Shown in pieces: positions 1 through 10,582 of a stretch of 64,000 nt of DNA. The position numbers and the translations under genes are program-made. The DNA comes from Geosiphon pyriformis uo1 (Eukaryota; Fungi; Glomeromycota). The stretch is taken from assembly GCA_016748015.1 (NCBI GenBank), contig JAAOMT010000034.1, positions 496,001-560,000 of the forward strand, in the 5' to 3' direction. Position 1 is the first letter of the stretch. Every line of letters begins with the position of its first letter. Under the pieces are notes generated by a model. The model worked only from the letters and a program-made list of their open reading frames with translations, was not told the origin of the DNA and ran no database searches.

Positions 1-1060
1 GTGGAAAAAATTATGGGGAACGTCGCAGGATGAAGCCAAAGTCCAATATCTCCATTTAGGTCTTAAGGTTATTAAAGTAATCCCGTCTATTAATTGCGAG
101 AAGCTAACGTTTACTGACTTTTTGAGATGTTCTAGTTACTCGAGACAAACAAAAATAACCCAAAAGTGAGAAAAGTTATCTCAGAATTGCAAAGTACGCT
201 TTTTGCTATATTTTCCCAAATTAAGCTACTCGATTTATTTCTAATAGAATTATTATTCTAGACGCCAACGAGGACTTTTCAGACGGGGATTCACCTACAA
301 TCGAAGTATCGAGTGAATCGGTTGAATCCTTGTCTTCACCTTCTTGGCAACAATTACCATCTTCACAAGATCATACATACATTGAATTGGCGCCCTCGCC
401 CATGAATTCCTCTTCTATACCTCCGCTGCAACTTGATCATCCATCAGGTGGCATAGCTTCAAGTAGAAATTCATTTATCGCCGAAGGCACTAAGCAGACT
501 AGTTACAGTTCATCCTCATCGGATGAATTTGAGGAGGCTAGTAATGACACACCACACATGGAGACATCCTCACAAACATTAATTTCACTAAAGGACGAAT
601 TAATGTTTGATTCACGTATTACAACAATTGAAAAAACGTTAGAGAGGCTACAAGGAACACCAATTTATAATAGAAGAATTTCCGAAATTGAAAAAGCTTT
701 GGAAAAATTGCAAGCCGAGGTGTCTGCCTCACATGAAAGGATAGAAGCATTTAGAAGAGATTTGATCGAAAACGAAAAAAAAAAACAAGTGGCAAAAAAG
801 ACTTGGATCTGGCTAATAAGGGTTAGAATTGATGATTTCTCAATAATACATAATTGGCAAAACAATACATTTTATATTGAAAATTCAATTATTAGATAAT
901 AGCAAAGCACGCTATAATAAATGGAATTTTGATTTTGATCGTTTTTATGATCTTTGCGAGGGGAACTCCCATTGTGACACATGTGGTAGGTCGCTCCCGT
1001 ATGCAGCAGATTTGGAACTATACAAAAAGGTTATTGATTGACTGGAAGTACAACGCGTGA
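1..1060 (+). CDS. Acyl-CoA-binding (ACBP) domain protein with coiled coil and C-terminal transmembrane segment (ACBD5/Atg37-like); 5' partial, multi-exon
   Basis: Window starts with WKKLWGTSQDEAKVQYL (ACBP C-terminal helix). GT-AG introns at ~68-135, ~194-261 and ~822-895. A Ser-rich linker and coiled coil (ORF 330-899) precede a last exon IIAKHAIINGILILIVFMIFAR...KYNA* ending at TGA 1058-1060. Confidence 0.75.
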
Positions 1061-1261
1061 AAGCGGAGGATAAGAATCAAAGGACTTCATCAGGTTTTAT
1101 TATACGACGTTTGTAATAATCTGGCATATTTTCTTTGAAATTTATTTGAGAACGATCTTGAATCGCAAAATATTGTCATTCTATATGGGTACAAGTTTGA
1201 CATTGTTTTAATAGCCGTAAAAATGATAATACAACGTTGTTGCTTCCCGTGGAAGACTCTT

Positions 1262-4200
1262 TTACTGATGATAAACCACTGTCCAAGTTTTTAAAGTTGC
1301 ATCTTGACCAACAGAAGAAATAGTATTATTGTTAAGGAAAGTAACTCCTGTTACGGCGACTTGATGTGCTCCTAACGGATTTCAAATAATAATGTAAGAA
1401 AAAACTCAATAGGACTATATTCAACCAAGAAATTTGCGGACCACATGGAGTTATCATATTCGTGATAAAGCCAAATGGTCCTGAAAAGGTCAAGAGCCCA
1501 TAAATCCCCCAAACTAATTCACAGTTGGTTAGGATTACGACTTTGAGCGGGGACAGCCTTAGAATCCACCAAGTAATCCTTACCCATTGCCTTTAGGTGA
1601 AAATGTTAAGGTTAATTCAAATGGCTGTCTTCGCCCTTTGACCCTTTTGCGAGTATAAGACCACGTGTGAAGTAAATGATTCACCAACACAGACAATCCC
1701 ATATGGGGTCGCCAAACTTTGATGGCAACAAAAGACGATATCGAAAAAAGGGGCACTCGAGCCTGTTTGTCCCAAAGTCAATCGAATTGTCATTACCCAA
1801 GAAAGTTTAGGTTACCCAGGGATTACCATTCGAGAGCCATAGTATCTGGGTTGGTGGTGAATAATGTCTTCAGACATACAAGAATTGATTAGAATAAAAT
1901 TCACACCCTTTATAGCAATATTCTTGGTTGGTTTCTCGACACTCCAAACGTAAATGTTTGTATCCAATGATCCACTTGCAGCGTGAAGACCATCATGGGA
2001 CCAAGCAAATGAATAAATTCGTGCTGCGTGATTTACCCAAGTTGATATTTTGACCTATCATAGTAGTTTGTTTAAATCCATTTAGTATATTTAATAGATC
2101 AACTTATCGATACTAGATAATTTGGGCTTTACCTCGCCACTCTTGGAATCGTATACATAAATTTTTCCCAAGGAGTCACCCGCAGCAAGTAACGTTCCGT
2201 CAGGGGAATAAGCCAGAGTAGTGATTGGACCACGATTTGACGTGAGTTCGTTATTTTTTTCCACTAATCTTTCATTTTCCCATTTATAAAGATGGATCTT
2301 AGCGTCCTTTGTGAAGGAAGGCACCATACAAAGCAAAATGGATTTGTTATACCTACTTGATTATATGACTTATTAACTAAGAAAATAAAATGACTTACTT
2401 CACCCCCAATAGCAATTTCAGTATCGTCATGGTTTATTGCTATAGCTCCAGGAGTATAAGGAACAGCAAGAGTAAATAGTTTTTCGCCATCTTGAATTAC
2501 CTGAATATCAGATATCGTGGCTAAAAAGATCTTGCCACTTCTTGCTAACGAGAGACCTTTTGGCAATAGGCCGGTAGGGACTACAGTGGCGCTTTCGAAA
2601 TAGGATGTCCAATTCCTTGAGCCTCCAGTAAATTATCATCCAACATCAAAAATGAAGTTACCTGTAGGTTTTTTCATCATCCTTTACTATTCTAACAGTA
2701 TCATCCATTCCAGCAGAAACTATCTTCGTTTCATTGGAGGCTAATTGAGTAACTTGATTTGTATGGCCTTGACCACTGATTTCGACCGCAATTCCTTCAT
2801 CACCCGTCCAGGCATGTTTAATGTAATTTATTAAGGATTCACATATTTTAAAAACAATTGAATCAGAAAACGGACTTAATATACAACAAAGGATATAAAT
2901 TCGACCATCATAACTTCCTGTATATAAGGTATTGTCTTTTGTGCGAGTTAAAGCTGTGATTGCTTTTTGATGTCCCTATTGTAAAGCACTAATTGTCATA
3001 CGAAAGCTTCTCGTAAAAATTACAAAGTATATGAAGAGAGATAACACAAACCTTTACCACCTTTGTAGGTGATGCAGCTTTTTGATCCAAATAATTTAAA
3101 TCCCCGGATAAAGATAAACTGATAATATGTTCTCCTTGCCAGAGGTTTCCAATTTGTTGATTTTCGATCGAGTCAGAAAATTCAAACGTACTTTTGAATC
3201 AGCCAAATCCTTCATGATTAATAATATTGTTTATGGATGTAAAGTAAAAAGAAAAAGCTCATTACCGGACAATTTTCTGAGCTGAAATATCCCAAATCTT
3301 GGCCGATTTGTCAGCCGAAGAGGTAATTATGTGTGCACTATCAGATGACCAAGATATTGCATAGATACCACCTTTATGCGAATCCACACCAACCGTCTCT
3401 GAAAGATCAAGTAATTTTTCACCAGTCTTTCCTTCGTACAAAAACACCTGAAAGTTTTTATAGGATAGAAAAATGATTAAAAATGAGAGGAATAGTTGTG
3501 AGATTTACTTAAAAAATACCATTCTTACTTTTTTATCAGACCCAATGCTCACAAGATATTCACCATTGGGCGAAAATTTTACACCCTGAACAAAACTTGT
3601 GTGTCCTTGCAATGACTTGGCAAATTTGTAAGGAGCACCATGATAAAAAACAACTGTAAAATCATCTGATGCAGTAGCAGCACGAAATGGACGTTGTTGA
3701 CGAATGCTGACACTATTTATAACACTGGAATGTCCGCTGATTTCACCCACAGATGACCCTGAGTCAAAGGAAAATGCGTGTCCATAACTTTAAGAGGAAA
3801 GGATTTGTCAAATTATTATATTCAATGATTTTTGAGGTAATAGCAATCAAGGGAAATTTACACAACCGTTCTTTACCGCTGCCGACCCCTATGATTCTTT
3901 TACTTTCTACATCCCAAGCGATATCATTAATTCTACCCGAGATTATTTTGATCTCGTTTTTGAGAATCTGCTCAGCTTGGGTTGTGTCCCAAATTCGAAT
4001 ATTGCCATTTATATCTATTAATTCACAATCACTCTAATGAATCAATAATACCTCCTATGTAGACAGAAACTTCTAACAGAGGAGTGCTTTTACCGCCAGA
4101 AGCAATATAATAACCACTTGGGGAATAGCGTGCAACAGTAGTTGGTGCAGCGTGGCCAGTGTATTCAGTGGCAATAGCGGGATTCTATGTTTAAAGAGTA

Positions 4201-4487
4201 CAGGATTGATAGTTAATATAGCAAATTACTAAATAATAATGGATATATCCTAAAAAGATTTGCAAAAAGACTGACAGAAAGGTTTCGAATGAAAACGCTT
4301 TTCCCATTTGTGTAAAGAAAGTTTTCCCCCTTTGGATCAACATCTAATTGTACAGACTGCCCTCGAACCGTTGCAGGCGCACAAGCAAAGATACTCTCTA
4401 TAAGAAAGAATTGGTTTTTTAAATTTGAATCATCTCAACAGTATGGCTTCTTCGAATACTGGTTTACATACTCCGTGTGTAGGACAT
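1262..4487 (-). CDS. AIP1: Actin-interacting protein 1 / WDR1 (WD40 double beta-propeller), multi-exon
   Basis: ORF pieces GEISGHSSVINSVSIRQQRPFRAATASDD, HKGGIYAISWS, ITTLAYSPDGTLLAAGD and ASGSLDTNIYVWSV. ATG at 4487; last exon ends GQDATLKTWTVVYHQ* at 1262. Confidence 0.93.
1425..1863 (-). ncRNA. Candidate structured intronic ncRNA in the last AIP1 intron (telomerase-RNA-like layout; identity unproven)
   Basis: The intron (1372-1906) is 535 nt versus ~70-100 nt for the others. It has a GC-richer core with several long helices whose G-U pairs work only on the minus strand, and an Sm-like AAUUUCUUGG at the 3' end. Confidence 0.55.
2816..2896 (-). other. U12-type (minor spliceosome) AT-AC intron in AIP1
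   Basis: Minus strand has 5' ATATCCTTT, branch site TCCTTAAT and 3' AC. Removal restores the frame GRIY-AWT. Confidence 0.9.
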
Positions 4488-5465
4488 CGAATGATAAAGG
4501 AGATATAATGCTAACCATTTACAAGCAACTCGATCACTACTTAAAATTTTGATAGCCAATCACAAAATGATACTTGATCAACCCTGGCGAGGCTAAAGAT
4601 AAGATCAAAAGATACCGGAAATTCGTTTGATCAGCAATATTTGATCCTGCGATTTTACCACAAAAGCATAGATGGATGGGGTCAAATGGGCGATTGGGGA
4701 GCAAAGGTTATTAATTTGTTACACTGAAATTCTCAGAAATCGCTTCCGTTTATGTGATCCCTACAATGTACAAAGAATTTAAACCCATGAATCATAAATC
4801 TGAATTGTGTTTCGTATTGTGTAAAAATGGGCCTAGTATGAATAAGTTTGTCTTTACCTCGTGGGGCATCTACATCATTGCGCAATAGTTTGTGGGGCAC
4901 ATATAATGCCCCGCCATTCATTTTTAAACCTCTTGATATCGAACTTGCCAAACACTCACATAAGTCAAAATAACATTTATACATAGACAGAACCATTAAT
5001 TCCTATACAATTGATAAAATCGCCTCTTCGTAATCGAGATGACTTTATTAATAGATCTCGAAATTTCATTCCTGAAATGAATTCAGGTGTTACCCCAACA
5101 AAAAATTTCTCCGATTAAAAAATAATATGGTAAATAATCCATACCGGCGAAACGAAAAACTATATATATATCTTTCCAAAAACAGGTCCAGTTATGATCC
5201 AAATAATTGCTTGCCTAATTTAAAAGCAAGGAATTACAAGACCAGCGTTACCTTTAACCCGGTTTTCCTCGTCTCTTCAACAACTCTGCATTTTTTTGCT
5301 TCGTTCTCTTAACATTTCCAAAATAATTAGATTTTTGAAAGGTAAACAAAGAATGCAGGTCCTATAATTCTAGGCATTTTGATCTTGCTTTTGACAAGGT
5401 TAATTATAATTATGTTATGCTTGTATAATTGAATTTGGAAAAAATAAGTTCAAAAGTTGAACAAA

Positions 5466-7152
5466 ATGAAAATCATGAATGGGCCTGAAAAAGACGAGAC
5501 ATTTAGGGTGGCAAAGACAAATTCTGAAACCAAACCTTGGTACATAACTATTGATAAAAAGATATATGATATTCGAGATTTTGTACCTGACCATCCAGGT
5601 GGTGCAGTTATTTTGACTCACATAGGAAAAGATGCCACAGGTGAGTTTAATTACGTAATGGCATTAGTGTAACCGCGCGTTAACACATCAATATCATGAT
5701 GTCTGTTAGACGCGTTCAGCTCCTTTCATCCCGAAAGTGCCTATGAAATATTAGCCAATTATTATGTGAAAGACGTTGAGCCAGTCAATTTTTCTCAAGA
5801 AAAAAATGGTATGTTTCATTTTCAAAATTTTAACCATTATGTAATATCGCCATCTTATAAGTCTCAATTTTCTTGTAAAGGATTTACTAATGATCTGCGA
5901 GCGATCAAAAAACAATTAATATTGGAAAATTATTTTGAATCATCGAAGGCATATTATGCTATGAAAGTATTGTCCAATATCATGATTTGGGCAATGTCAA
6001 TTTGGATTTTAGCCAATCATGGAAACACTCTTTTCGGAGTAACTTTTGCAGCTACAATAATGGGACTATTTTGGCAACAATGTGGATGGCTCTCTCATGA
6101 TTTTTTACATCATCAAGTATTCGAGGATAGAAAATATGGCAATTTAATGGGTGCATTTCTTGGCGGGGTTTGCCAAGGCTTCTCACCAAGCTGGTGAGTT
6201 TAAATCTTCAGAATACATTGAATGATATAAATCTATTATTAATTAGAACAATTACTTATCGTTTTACATCTTACCTTACATTGAAAGGTGGAAAGATAAA
6301 CACAATACTCATCATGCAGCACCAAACGTTCATGGACAAGATCCTGATATTGCCACTCACCCACTATTGACGTGGTCTGAATACGCTCTAACCGATATGT
6401 TTGATCCAGAGATGTCAAAAAAATGCCCTATACCTAATGAATTTCCACCTGGGTTAGCCCGGTTCATGATAAAACATCAAACCTTATTTTATTTCCCAAT
6501 ACTTTGTATCGCTCGAATCTCCTGGTGTATTCAGAGCTTCTTATTCGTTCTACCAGATGGCCAAAAGAATAAACCGTCAAAAGCCCGAATGCCTATATCC
6601 TCATCCGAACAAGTAGCACTGGCCATTCACTACACTTGGTATTTCGGCCTTATTTATATGAATATCCCCAACATTAAACTCGCTATTGTTTTCTTTTTCG
6701 CTTCTCAATCGATGTGTGGACTACTTCTTGCATTGGTATTTGCTTTGAATCATAACGGGATGCAAGTGCTCACTGAGAAAGAATCTCAAGAGATGGATTT
6801 CTTTGTGGAACAGGTGGTGACAGGAAGAGATGTTATTTCTTCGAGACCGGCTTTTCAATGGTGGATTGACTGGTTCTGTGGAGGTCTAAATTATCAAATA
6901 GAACACCATGTAAGTAAAACATTTTTTAGAAATTAGATTATTTTAAATATATTTAATTAAAGTTTCACTGAAATACCTCCTCAGCTTTTCCCATCCATCC
7001 CACGTCATAATTACTACAAATTACAACCAATTATTGAAAATCTCTGTAACAAATATAAAGTACCGTATCACCGAACAACTTTTTGGGAAGGCACATGGGA
7101 GGTATTTGCAAAATTGGGAGAGGTGTCCGCAGCGAGCAAGAAACTTGTTTAA
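5466..7152 (+). CDS. Front-end fatty acid desaturase with N-terminal cytochrome b5 domain, most likely delta-6 desaturase; 5 coding exons
   Basis: HPGG heme motif and His boxes HDFLHH, HNTHH(AAPNVHGQDPDI) and QIEHH; stop TAA at 7150-7152. The start could be ATG 5466 or 5475. Confidence 0.88.
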
Positions 7153-7347
7153 ATCAAAGTAGCTTCATTAATAAACTCCAAAAAAGAAAATTTAGGTTAA
7201 CTTTAATCTGTTGTAATGTTGGTGGCCTTTTCCTAAATAGGTAGAGATAAATGAATTCAAAAAATCACTTGCGTCAAAACCTTATTAATGATAAGCTTGG
7301 GTTGCAAATATTTGGATCAAAGGTGATATTGAATAAGACTGAACAAT

Positions 7348-8597
7348 TTATTGAAGATCATCGCGAAAAACTGTCCCTGGTGATAGCAGAAATTGTGCCA
7401 AATCAAATTCATTTTTGCCATCAGGCCTCGTTGCAACTCCTTTTTCAGTTACAATAGCTGATATTAATTTAGCAGGAGTTACGTCAAAAGAAGGATTCCA
7501 AGTTTGAATGTTTGGCGCTATTTTAACCTTGATGGTATTTTCAGTCGACTCTTGAACACCACTCACAGATATCATCTCTTCTTGGGGGCGCTCTTCAATT
7601 ATAATATTTTCCCCACTATTGATCTCCAGATCGATACTCGTGGAAGGTGCAGCAACAATAAACATTACCCCATGATATTTTGCGGTAATTGCAAGCTGAT
7701 ATGTTCCTATCTTGTTGGCAGTATCTCCATTTCTTGCCACTCTATCCGCACCTACAATGATAGCTGCAACCTGATTTTTTGAAAGCAATGCCGAGGCCAT
7801 TGAATCGCATATCAAAGTACTAGGCATATTATCATGAAGCAATTCATAAGCTGTCAAACGAGAACCTTGGTTATATGGTCGGGTTTCGGTGCAGTATGCA
7901 TGTGAAAGTTTTTGTCTGTGATGCAACGAACGAATGATACCTAACGCGGTGCCATAGCCCGCGGTGGCCAAGGATCTGTTTGGATAGTTAAGCAGCAAAT
8001 AAAATTGTTAAGATGAATGTAAAAACAAAATATATTTTTTGTGCCATACCCCGTGTTACAATGTGTCAGAACCTTGATTTTACCCTCCATTTCAAAATTT
8101 TGAGCATTTTGAAGAAGGAATTCTGCACCATAGCGCCCAATATTTTTATTATCTTTTACATCATCTAGAAGCATATTCTCAGCTCTAGTAACAACAGCCT
8201 CAATCACCTGGCGAGTTGTATGCGCAATTTTTGCATTTTCAATCGTGACAGACCATAAATCCTCTAAAGCGCGAGATAAATTTACAGCAGTAGGCCGTGC
8301 GGTTTTAAGATAATTAATAGATGTATGGATGAATTCTACTAAAGAAGCAATGTTCTCAAAGCTGTTGTTGTTTTCCACGTTTTGAAGCCGAAGTTGAAGA
8401 TCTACGGCAAGGGACAAGGCAGCAACTATCCCAATCGCAGGCGCCCCACGAACTTTCATTTCTTTGATCGCTGAATGGCCATCATAAATGCTAAGAGCAG
8501 ATTCATACTTAGTTGTGTGCGGAAGAAGAAGTTGGTTAAGGATTAACAGTGAAGGAGGGTCCCGAATATAGCGAAAACTCTCAAGAGTTGTTTCCAT
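7348..8597 (-). CDS. MRI1: Methylthioribose-1-phosphate isomerase (methionine salvage); intron 7976-8049
   Basis: Motifs [25 protein letters not shown]|[41 protein letters not shown] and NPSFDVTP. Confidence 0.95.
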
Positions 8598-8740
8598 AAT
8601 AAAAGTCAGGTAAAGACAAGCACTTTGGCTATCTAAGTCTTTTTAATAAAAGCGAGCACCTTTGTAGTTGTAGCAACGTTTATTCAATTATGTTCTTTAT
8701 TTTTCTTTGAACTAACATGTAATATGATTAAATTTATATA

Positions 8741-8747
8741 TCACGTG
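8741..8747. promoter_or_regulatory. E-box TCACGTG upstream of MRI1
   Basis: Exact TCACGTG about 145 bp upstream of the ATG, next to ATTGG (CCAAT). Confidence 0.35.
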
Positions 8748-8829
8748 CGGTTCAGTTTGGGGCATTATCATTGGTTGGACGCATCATTGTTTGCCTGAAT
8801 TCACGAGTTTTCTGAGCAGGTTATTTACA

Positions 8830-10445
8830 TAAAAATATAACAGATAAATTAAATGAATATATAAATGTATTTCTGAATATATACTCAAAATCACATAGAA
8901 TTTGGTTTAATTTTTAAACTTATTTTGAATATAAATAAAATGCATTACATAATTTTCAGGTGGTATTTGTTGAATATATTATTTTAACAAATGTTTTTAA
9001 TATCAAATTTTAATGTTTACAAATCTTAATATAATCAAAATATTTTGTAAATAAATTTGTAAAACTGAATCAGCAAAATACTTTTTTATTAATTATTGCA
9101 AGTGTATTAACAATAATCAAACTTTATTTTTAAAAAAATTTATGTATTATATAATTATAAAATGTTCTAAATTAAATATAATTTATGTATTTCTTATATA
9201 TAATTAGAATAAATTTAGTTTAAATTAAATTATATTAAAAATATAAAAGTAAACTTATAAAAAAACCCATTTTATAAAAATTTTAACTAATTTGTTACTA
9301 TTAAAAACCACATTTGCAAATATGTAATAGTTATATTAAAAATTTAAAGCTTTTAAAATTCTTTAATTTTGCAAAAAAATATTTGGTCTTTATTAATTAT
9401 ATTTTTATTACTATTTATATTTTATTTTAAAACTTATTATTTTTTTGCTTAAATTATTAATATTTTTTAATAATATTAATATTTTTCTTAATTTTAAAAA
9501 TTTATTTGTTTATTTTAACATTTAAGAAATAAATAATTTCAATTAATTTTAAAACCAAAAAAACAAAATATTAATAAGTTTAATAATAAATATATAAATT
9601 TTTTATTAATATTAATTATAAAAACTTAAATTTTATTAAACTTATTTATAATTTAAGATTAAGCTTTGTTTTTTAACTTTAATTTAAATAATATTTCTTA
9701 AAATTTTGATATTATTCTATAAAGTTTTTTTTACTTACTAGAATTGTTTAAATTATTTATATTATAAATAATAATTTTAAATTAAACTAATTATTAAATA
9801 AATATAATAATAATTTTATTTTTAAAAACATAATATCAAAAAACTTAAAATTTTTATTATTTTGGTCTTTAAATTATTTAATCTAGATATAAAAACCCAG
9901 AAATTTGAAATTTTTATTAAAATTATATTTAAACCAAAAATTAACATTATTACTAACCAATTTTTTATATTTTTTAATGCAAAATTACAATATAATATGT
10001 AAATTTAATATAATTTATTTATATATACAGATTTTTTGTTAATTTAAAAATTTAATTTTATATTAAATAATTTTTTTATTTTTTATTTTTAAATTTGGTT
10101 TTTAAATACAAAATATTTTTAATAATTAATTAAAAAATTTTTAGATTATTTACTTAATTATATTTTTTGTGTTTTAATAAAATTTGATTATTTTTTTAAA
10201 AAAATTTATATTAAGCTAGTTTTTGTTTAAAAACAATAATAGTAACAATATTTTTTTATTTTAAAATTTTATTTTACAACTTTTTGGTTTTTTTTAAATT
10301 TTATAATAATTTATATATTTATATATAAATTATAATCTATAATTATATATAAAATAGTATATATTATTTAGTAAATTTATTATTATTATTAAAAAAATTT
10401 CAAAATTTATAATTTTATTAAATAATAAAAAAATAATAATATATA
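8830..10445. repeat. Extreme AT-rich desert, probably decayed transposon DNA
   Basis: Almost no G/C and no ORFs; same texture as the recognisably decayed elements at 27-31 kb. Confidence 0.5.
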
Positions 10446-10582
10446 TTTTTTTTATTTTTTTTTATTTTTTATGAGTGCAGCCCAACCACTACCTAAGTAC
10501 ATAAATCAAACGAGGATCTAAATTAAGTGTGGCTCATGCATTTTCTATATGTGACTAGCCACTCAGGCTAATCAAAGCAACA

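Noticed and set aside
1410-1440. Group I intron: AUAUAGUCC resembles the S element and AAUUUGCGG the P element
   Set aside because: The two words lie on opposite strands, there is no matching R (GACUA) partner, and the intron has spliceosomal GT-AG ends.
1480-1600. RNase MRP/P (GUCCCCG...GGGGAU) or U12/U4atac snRNA (AUGGGUAAGGA; CUUUCUUGGG) identity for the intronic RNA
   Set aside because: CR-I/CR-V consensus and spacing do not fit, the U12-like word is buried in a hairpin, and there is no properly placed Sm site. Kept only as alternatives for a covariance-model search.
4733-5312. ORFs 4733-4996 (-) and 5127-5312 (+)
   Set aside because: No recognisable motifs; they lie in the divergent promoter/5' UTR region between AIP1 and the desaturase.
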